A stretch of DNA of 29,943 nt. It comes from a virus. Lineage: Duplodnaviria > Heunggongvirae > Uroviricota > Caudoviricetes. The position numbers and the translations under genes were made by a program. The notes beneath the pieces are model-generated. The model worked only from the letters and a program-made list of their open reading frames with translations, made no database searches and was not told where the DNA came from. The stretch lies in the IMG/VR virus record IMGVR_UViG_2740892488_000007; one strand, given 5' to 3'. Below, one piece after another: positions 27,657 through 29,943 of this stretch. Numbering within the stretch: position 1 is the first letter of the stretch; each line of letters starts with the position of its first letter.

Positions 27657-29198
27657 TCAGTGGTAATACTCACTGCCGCGTACGTTTTCGTGTTCCATCG
27701 TGGATAACAGATCTGGTTTTGGATCCTGAACAGGTTGTTTATCCAGACCTTTTTCCAGGATCGATTTAATACCTGACAGACGCCATACCTTTGTTTTCAG
27801 AGCTCTTGCACATGCTGCATTAAGTCTGGCTTTACTGTATTTTTTATGAAGGTTCAGGAGTCCAAGGCAGAAGCGATAGCTTTGTTCCGGATGTGGACGA
27901 GAGTTCAGTATATGAAGCACATAACTATGAGTTTCACTGCCTATGTGCCCCGCCCATTCCAGAAGACGCTCTGGCGTCCAGGTGGCATGCTGTCGATGAG
28001 CTTCAGGCATGTGCTCGTTGCGGGTACTGTAGCCATAAGTACGCTTGCGCGGGTGCACAGCAACCTCCTGCCCCTGATTGAAGAGTCTTACCAGTTCTCC
28101 GGAGATCCATGCTTCCAGTTGCTGGCCTAACAGCGAACATGGAACCGAGTAGTAATGTTTGTCGATTTCCACGTGGTAATCGGCATGAACTCTGACTTTC
28201 TTCACCAGGGTGTAACTGTAACTGGCTTCAGGAAGAGGCTTCAGTGCGGGTTTATCAAGCTGGATGAAGAGTTCTGCACGTGAATAACCCAACTTCTGCA
28301 TTATTTTGTTATTCAGTCTTTCCAGCAACTCCCGAATGCGCTGATTAAGCGATGCAAGGCTGTAGAAGATCTCATGCCTGATTCGGGCCATGATCCAGCG
28401 TTCAACAACCTGAACGCCAACTTCAGCTTTGGCTTTATCTTTCGGTTTACGTGGCCGCGCAGGCAAAACTGCGACATTATAATGCTCAAGCATCTGCTGG
28501 TAGGTAGGGTTAACGTCAGGATCATACTTACATGCCCTGGATGTGGCGCTTTTCAGATTGTCCGGAACAACAAGTTCAGGAACGCCACCCAACCACTGGA
28601 AGCAGCGAACATGACTCATCACCCAGTCTTCAAGCTGCTGAGACCAGGTGGCCTCTGCCCATGTGTAACTTGATGCCCCGAGAACAGCTACGATGACCTG
28701 AGCAGTTCTTATTTCTCCGGTCTCAGGGTCGGTAACGCCAACGGTAGGTCCACAGTAATCAACGAAAAGTTTTTCGCCAGCTTTATGTACCTGACGCATT
28801 GATGGTGAAGTGGTTTTGAGCCATTCACGGTACATCCGGCAGTAATGGTTATAGCTGTAAAAACCGCCTGGATTACGCTCACAGTATTCTTCCCAGAGTA
28901 GCTGCAGCGTCACGCATTTATTACGCAGTTCCCGGTGTACTGTAGCCCAGTCAGGCAGAGAGTGCTTCTTCATCTTAACCTGGGTCTGAAGGAACGCATG
29001 TTTTAGTTTTGTATCATCCCATCCTGTAGGTAAGGGCCACTGCTTTATGCCAAGTTGAGCCGCCCGATTAGCATATCTGGATACAACGGAAGGGGAGATT
29101 GCAAGACTACGACCAATTTGTCGATGGCTGAGTCCAACACCGTATTTAAGCCTAAGAATTTCTTTAAGTTTTCTCATAGAAATTGGAACTGTTGGCAT
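27657..29198 (-). CDS. istA: IS21-family transposase IstA
   Basis: 513-aa ORF with an N-terminal HTH-like region (LSHRQIGRSLAISPSVVSRY), upstream of and co-oriented with istB; ATG at 29198-29196. Confidence 0.8.
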   Translation of the reverse strand: MPTVPISMRKLKEILRLKYGVGLSHRQIGRSLAISPSVVSRYANRAAQLGIKQWPLPTGWDDTKLKHAFLQTQVKMKKHSLPDWATVHRELRNKCVTLQLLWEEYCERNPGGFYSYNHYCRMYREWLKTTSPSMRQVHKAGEKLFVDYCGPTVGVTDPETGEIRTAQVIVAVLGASSYTWAEATWSQQLEDWVMSHVRCFQWLGGVPELVVPDNLKSATSRACKYDPDVNPTYQQMLEHYNVAVLPARPRKPKDKAKAEVGVQVVERWIMARIRHEIFYSLASLNQRIRELLERLNNKIMQKLGYSRAELFIQLDKPALKPLPEASYSYTLVKKVRVHADYHVEIDKHYYSVPCSLLGQQLEAWISGELVRLFNQGQEVAVHPRKRTYGYSTRNEHMPEAHRQHATWTPERLLEWAGHIGSETHSYVLHILNSRPHPEQSYRFCLGLLNLHKKYSKARLNAACARALKTKVWRLSGIKSILEKGLDKQPVQDPKPDLLSTMEHENVRGSEYYH

Positions 29199-29643
29199 AG
29201 GTATCCTTTACCGGAATGGCAAAAGATACAGATCAACACACCTGTGAAGTTCCAATAACATTGATGGAGATCACTGAATAACAAAATGAGTCAAAAGTGA
29301 TCTCCATCGATGTTATTCAGCGATCTGTTCAAATGTTATTACCCGATCTCGATGGAAGTTATTGAGTGATCTCCTTTCATGAAAATACGCACTGAATTGC
29401 GTAACCTTGCAGTAGCTCGAGTATTACACTGCATAGTGTGCAGGGTTATCTCCCATCGAGAAAATATCGGCGCCAGCGAATAACGTCACCTTAGATGTAG
29501 CAGTTGCCAAATAGTGACTCAAGGGCGGGCTTACCGCATACACTGACACTTAGCGGATCGACAGAATATTATTAGCAGATCATCACTGAACGCTACGTAA
29601 TTATCGTAATAAAGGCTTTTTCTGGCTACCAGGAAGACCTGAC

Positions 29644-29943
29644 ATGGCTCTGCTCTGGAACCAGGCCGCAGGAAGCATCAATCTGGAGTTTATCAGCTAC
29701 TGGAATTCCGGTGTATTGGCAGCCCCTGATAATCACCTGACCCACGAAGAGCGCTCTGCTTTGCAGAAACTCTGGGGCGGTTTGGAGACAGGAGATGTAA
29801 CGATTATAGGACGTTCTGATGAAGTCCATGATTTTACCTCCGCCTTAATTAACTGTTTTCTTTCTGAAGAAGAAATTGTCTGGTGGCAATCAGGTGGCAT
29901 TTTCCCGGATCCCTGGCCCGCTAATATATCCCGGCTGAACTGA
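29644..29943 (+). CDS. hypothetical protein (not of P2 tail-module origin)
   Basis: 99-aa ORF with AGGAAG RBS at 29631-29636 and ATG at 29644; ends with TGA at the window edge. No motif I recognise. Confidence 0.4.
   Translation: MALLWNQAAGSINLEFISYWNSGVLAAPDNHLTHEERSALQKLWGGLETGDVTIIGRSDEVHDFTSALINCFLSEEEIVWWQSGGIFPDPWPANISRLN

Larger units (their letters stand above)
26811..29475 (-). mobile_element. IS21-family insertion sequence (istA-istB); boundaries approximate
   Basis: Two adjacent minus-strand genes, a 513-aa transposase followed by a 249-aa Walker A/B ATPase, 11 bp apart. Both ends carry multiple copies of a GATCTCC-containing repeat (left 26824-26925; right 29260-29460), as expected for IS21-type multiple terminal repeats. 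Exact ends and target-site duplication not resolved. Confidence 0.7.

Noticed and set aside
26804-29480. CAGCGA on both IS flanks as a 6-bp target-site duplication
   Set aside because: Removing the IS with this duplication gives ...RTANNVTLDVAVAK-stop, not a continuing tape-measure frame; probably coincidental.
1-29943. tRNA genes, CRISPR arrays, rRNA
   Set aside because: No direct-repeat/spacer array and no tRNA-like cloverleaf candidates were seen; the only tandem repeats are the 27-bp coding repeats in the tail-fibre gene and the IS terminal repeats.

Overview
The window is a P2-like (Peduovirus-type) prophage in prophage (cos-internal) order: int(-) C(-) | cox, B, four small ORFs incl. 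a TraR/DksA-type zinc finger, A (+) | about 3.5 kb of AT-rich cargo | cos | Q, P (-) | O N M L X Y K lysA lysB lysC R S V W J I H G FI FII E (+) | start of tape-measure gene T, cut off after 36 codons by an IS21-family element (istA/istB, -). Sequence beyond the IS is not phage tail DNA, so the T/U/D/ogr arm is missing. The A-to-cos slot, where P2 itself carries tin/old, instead holds three things I could not assign to a known system: (1) a 37-aa hydrophobic peptide gene with an AGGAGG RBS and a bidirectional terminator, flanked by a 14-nt direct repeat (type I toxin-like); (2) an ImmA/IrrE-type HEXXH metallopeptidase followed by a 2-TM membrane protein whose RBS sits inside a terminator-like hairpin; (3) a convergent orphan protein of about 246-310 aa. 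Eight reading frames (the orphan hotspot gene, Q, O, S, I, H, G, FI) are each broken at an A/T homopolymer where removing one base restores a full-length protein; this is either a systematic homopolymer overcall in the assembly or slippage-driven decay of a cryptic prophage. The E/E' programmed -1 frameshift site is intact. All identifications rest on motifs, lengths and gene order read from the sequence plus recalled P2 biology; no database search was run.
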